Shown: one piece after another, positions 61,143 to 64,000 of the stretch
Position numbering within the stretch: position 1 is the stretch's first letter
How the letters are laid out: the number at the start of each line of letters is the position of its first letter
Assembly: GCA_040285855.1 (NCBI GenBank)
Contig: JAUFOQ010000002.1
Location: 1,178,001-1,242,000, forward strand
DNA: 64,000 bases
Direction of reading: 5' to 3'
Source: Eukaryota sp. GEM-RC1
Lineage: Eukaryota
The notes under the pieces: generated by a model
Database searches by the model: none
Seen by the model: only the letters and a program-made list of their open reading frames with translations
What the model was told of the DNA's origin: nothing
Translations under genes and position numbers: made by a program

Positions 61143-64000
61143 TCACAACGTTTCAAAGTGATCGTCAACATGCTGTTCACAACTGGAGTGCTCAGACTTA
61201 GAATCCGACTTACAATCAATTTCAGATTGAGAGGATAACACTTGATCAACGTCATCAGAATGGTCGTCATCAGACTGTTGAGATAGATCACTTCCACTGA
61301 TGTGTTTACTCGGTTCAACTTCCACCATTATTGTTGGGGGCAGGTCTACCTCTAAGTCTATTGGAGTATCGTCGTCTTCTGGAAACGTCATCATTTCACA
61401 GAGCTTTTCATTTCGTGGTAAAGTAGGCTCCTTCTCAAGAAGTTTCTGTATTCCGAATTGTAAAAATCCCAATAAGATGAACAAGATTAGGAGTACTAAC
61501 GACATGAAGATTATAAGTGTCAGTAAATTGCTAGATGAAGCATCTTCAAATTCAGCAGTGATGACAAGATCAGCTTGTACATCGTGAATTGTTCGAGGAT
61601 TGTCCGTACTCTGATCGTTCCATTGAATGAAAACATAGCCAGGATCAGGAATAGCGGTAACAATGAGAGAGTCTCCATGTTCTACTTGTTGAGAACCTTC
61701 TGGATCCGTAAAACCTCCAACGGAACTTTCAATATCAACAGTGTATACGATAAGTGTGAATTCGGCAGTAATGACAAGATCAGCTTGTACATCGTGAATT
61801 GTTCGAGGATTGTCCGTACTCTGATCGTTCCATTGAATGAAAACATAGCCAGGATCAGGAATAGCGGTAACAATGAGAGAGTCTCCATGTTCTACTTGTT
61901 GAGAACCTTCTGGATCCGTAAAACCTCCAACGGAACTTTCAATATCAACAGTGTATACGATAAGTGTGAATTCGGCAGTAATGACAAGATCAGCTTGTAC
62001 ATCGTGAATTGTTCGAGGATTGTCCGTACTCTGATCGTTCCATTGAATGAAAACATAGCCAGGATCAGGAATAGCGGTAACAATGAGAGAGTCTCCATGT
62101 TCTACTTGTTGAGAACCTTCTAGATTCGTAAAACCTCCAACGGAACTTTCAATATCAACAGTGTATACGATAAGTGTGAATTCGGCAGTAATGACAAGAT
62201 CAGCTTGTACATCGTGAATTGTTCGAGGATTGTCCGTAATCTGATCGTTCCATTGAATGAAAACATAGCCAGGATCAGGAATAGCGGTAACAATGAGAGA
62301 GTCTCCATGTTCTACTTGTTGAGAACCTTCTGGATTCGTAAAACCTCCAACGGAACTTTCAATATCAACAGTGTATACGATAAGTGTGAATTCGGCAGTA
62401 ATGACAAGAACAGCTTGTACATCGTGAATTGTTCGAGGATTGTCCGTATTCTGATCGTTCCATTGAATGAAAACATAGCCAGGATCAGGAATAGCGGTAA
62501 CAATGAGAAAGTCTCCATGTTCTACTTGTTGAGAACCTTCTGGATCCGTAAAACCTCCAACGGAACTTTCAATATCAACAGTGTATACGATAAGTGTGAA
62601 TTCGGCAGTAATGACCAGATCAGCTTGTACATCGTGAATTGTTCGAGGATTGTCCGTATTCTGATCGTTCCATTGAATGAAAACATAGCCAGGATCAGGA
62701 ATAGCGGTAACAATGAGAGAGTCTCCATGTTCTACTTGTTGAGAACCTTCTGGATTCGTAAAACCTCCAACGGAACTTTCAATATCAACAGTGTATACGA
62801 TAAGTGTGAATTCGACAGTAATGACAAGATCAGCTTGTACATCGTGAATTGTTCGAGGATTGTCCGTATTCTGATCGTTCCATTGAATGAAAACATAGCC
62901 ATGATAAGGAATAGCGGTAACAATGAGAGAGTCTCCATGTTCTACTTGTTGAGAACCTTCTGGATTCGTAAAACCTCCAACGGAACTTTCAATATCAACA
63001 GAATAAGTTTTTAATTGAAAGAAAGCTTCAGCTGTGGTGTTTCCCTGTACATTTCTTATAACAAGAGGGTCTGAGGTCAATATGTCAGTACCATTAATCA
63101 GCCAATAAGACAGTTCATAACCAAACACGGGATTGACATGAATCTCATCGCTATCAGAATTGATTGCCACTAATTGAGGGGAATTTGTTTCAATACTACC
63201 ATGAGAAGTGTCGTTTACGCTCAAAAACAAATAGATTGCAGGGAAAACTTGCAAGTTATCAACATACAAACAATCACATCCGACAATAACATTTGAAAAT
63301 TTAAAATAAGCAATGTAGACAACACTTTCTGCATCTGGAACTTGAAGTTCCATTTTCCGCCAACCAACCCAACCAGTGATTGCAGCAATCACGTCATCAT
63401 TAAGAAAAAGACCTCCAAAATTCTCATTATGGTCACTTTCAAGTTTCCAATCAAATTTGACAACTGATGGCACATCAACAAACAGATTAAGATAGCAAAA
63501 TCGATCATCAGCAGTAATAAATCCAGATCGAGCGGAAAACACGCCAGTAACACGTGCAACAGAAGTTCCAAACCAATGTCCAACAGTTGATGAACTTAGA
63601 ACACAGTTACTAATCTGACAATCAAAATTGATTGATGATTGGATCTCGTTGCGATACCTAGCTACAATAGGGATTGTTCTCCCCAATGACCTCACTGCAT
63701 CTCCTTCTTCTTCATCCCCCACAGGCACTCCTTCGTAAGTCAACCGAGGGTTAGAGAAAACAGGAACTCCAGTACTAGTTTTACCATTGTCGAAGTAAGA
63801 ACCGTGAGAATAGCTCATGATTGAGTTATACCAATGACTGTCACTAGTTTTCCACCTCCACCCAGCACTGTAAGAAAAGATTCCAGGTCCTGGTTGGAAA
63901 TTCTGTTCAATAGAATGACCCAGACCTAGATTATGACCAAGTTCATGAGTGAAAACATCAGTACGAGTAGCATACTGTACTGAAGTGACAGAGAAAGAAA
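61143..64000 (-). CDS. Type I membrane metzincin (M12B/reprolysin-like) with 70-aa InlB-B/Flg_new-like repeats; 5' end outside the window
   Basis: Frame is open upstream of the track ATG: HELGHNLGLGH at 63915-63947, Met-turn SIMSY, VPVFSNP; repeats; TM helix; acidic tail. Confidence 0.88.
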   Translation of the reverse strand, partial: SFSVTSVQYATRTDVFTHELGHNLGLGHSIEQNFQPGPGIFSYSAGWRWKTSDSHWYNSIMSYSHGSYFDNGKTSTGVPVFSNPRLTYEGVPVGDEEEGDAVRSLGRTIPIVARYRNEIQSSINFDCQISNCVLSSSTVGHWFGTSVARVTGVFSARSGFITADDRFCYLNLFVDVPSVVKFDWKLESDHNENFGGLFLNDDVIAAITGWVGWRKMELQVPDAESVVYIAYFKFSNVIVGCDCLYVDNLQVFPAIYLFLSVNDTSHGSIETNSPQLVAINSDSDEIHVNPVFGYELSYWLINGTDILTSDPLVIRNVQGNTTAEAFFQLKTYSVDIESSVGGFTNPEGSQQVEHGDSLIVTAIPYHGYVFIQWNDQNTDNPRTIHDVQADLVITVEFTLIVYTVDIESSVGGFTNPEGSQQVEHGDSLIVTAIPDPGYVFIQWNDQNTDNPRTIHDVQADLVITAEFTLIVYTVDIESSVGGFTDPEGSQQVEHGDFLIVTAIPDPGYVFIQWNDQNTDNPRTIHDVQAVLVITAEFTLIVYTVDIESSVGGFTNPEGSQQVEHGDSLIVTAIPDPGYVFIQWNDQITDNPRTIHDVQADLVITAEFTLIVYTVDIESSVGGFTNLEGSQQVEHGDSLIVTAIPDPGYVFIQWNDQSTDNPRTIHDVQADLVITAEFTLIVYTVDIESSVGGFTDPEGSQQVEHGDSLIVTAIPDPGYVFIQWNDQSTDNPRTIHDVQADLVITAEFTLIVYTVDIESSVGGFTDPEGSQQVEHGDSLIVTAIPDPGYVFIQWNDQSTDNPRTIHDVQADLVITAEFEDASSSNLLTLIIFMSLVLLILFILLGFLQFGIQKLLEKEPTLPRNEKLCEMMTFPEDDDTPIDLEVDLPPTIMVEVEPSKHISGSDLSQQSDDDHSDDVDQVLSSQSEIDCKSDSKSEHSSCEQHVDDHFETL
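61551..63010 (-). repeat. Coding tandem array, 210-bp unit, about 7 copies
   Basis: Near-identical YTVDIESSVGG...AIPDPGYVFIQWND...ITAEF units. Confidence 0.95.

Noticed and set aside
61551..63010. CRISPR-like or non-coding array; repeated short ORFs on other frames
   Set aside because: Contiguous 210-bp coding units with no unique spacers; the other ORFs are shadows of the repeat.

Overview
AT-rich eukaryotic DNA from a flagellated protist. The evidence is PF16/SPAG6, tectonic, kinesin-13 and sparse 29-30 nt GT-AG introns; a metamonad-like lineage is plausible but is inference only. About half the window is transposon-derived. The standout is a complete, apparently recent Ty3/gypsy (chromovirus-like) retrotransposon at 6477-13132. 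It has identical LTRs of only 66 bp, a gag ATG inside the 5' LTR, a pol stop codon abutting the 3' LTR, no canonical tRNA PBS and a 4-bp TSD, and it splits a large cell-surface/multi-TM gene. The window also holds two full-length hAT transposons, about ten hAT and Tc1/mariner MITEs (several nested, three inserted into another element's TIR), CRE-like non-LTR fragments, and a near-identical 3.17-kb duplication (1-3174 = 25480-28653). Host genes are RBM26/27-like, PF16, tectonic, an FG nucleoporin, three tandem EH-EH-RRM-like paralogs, kinesin-13, a kinesin with a helical/ankyrin-like tail, and two bacterial-looking membrane proteins (LtaS-like; reprolysin-type metalloprotease with 70-aa repeats). 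Many ORFs are broken by single-base indels in homopolymers, most likely long-read assembly errors. All calls come from reading the sequence; no searches were run.
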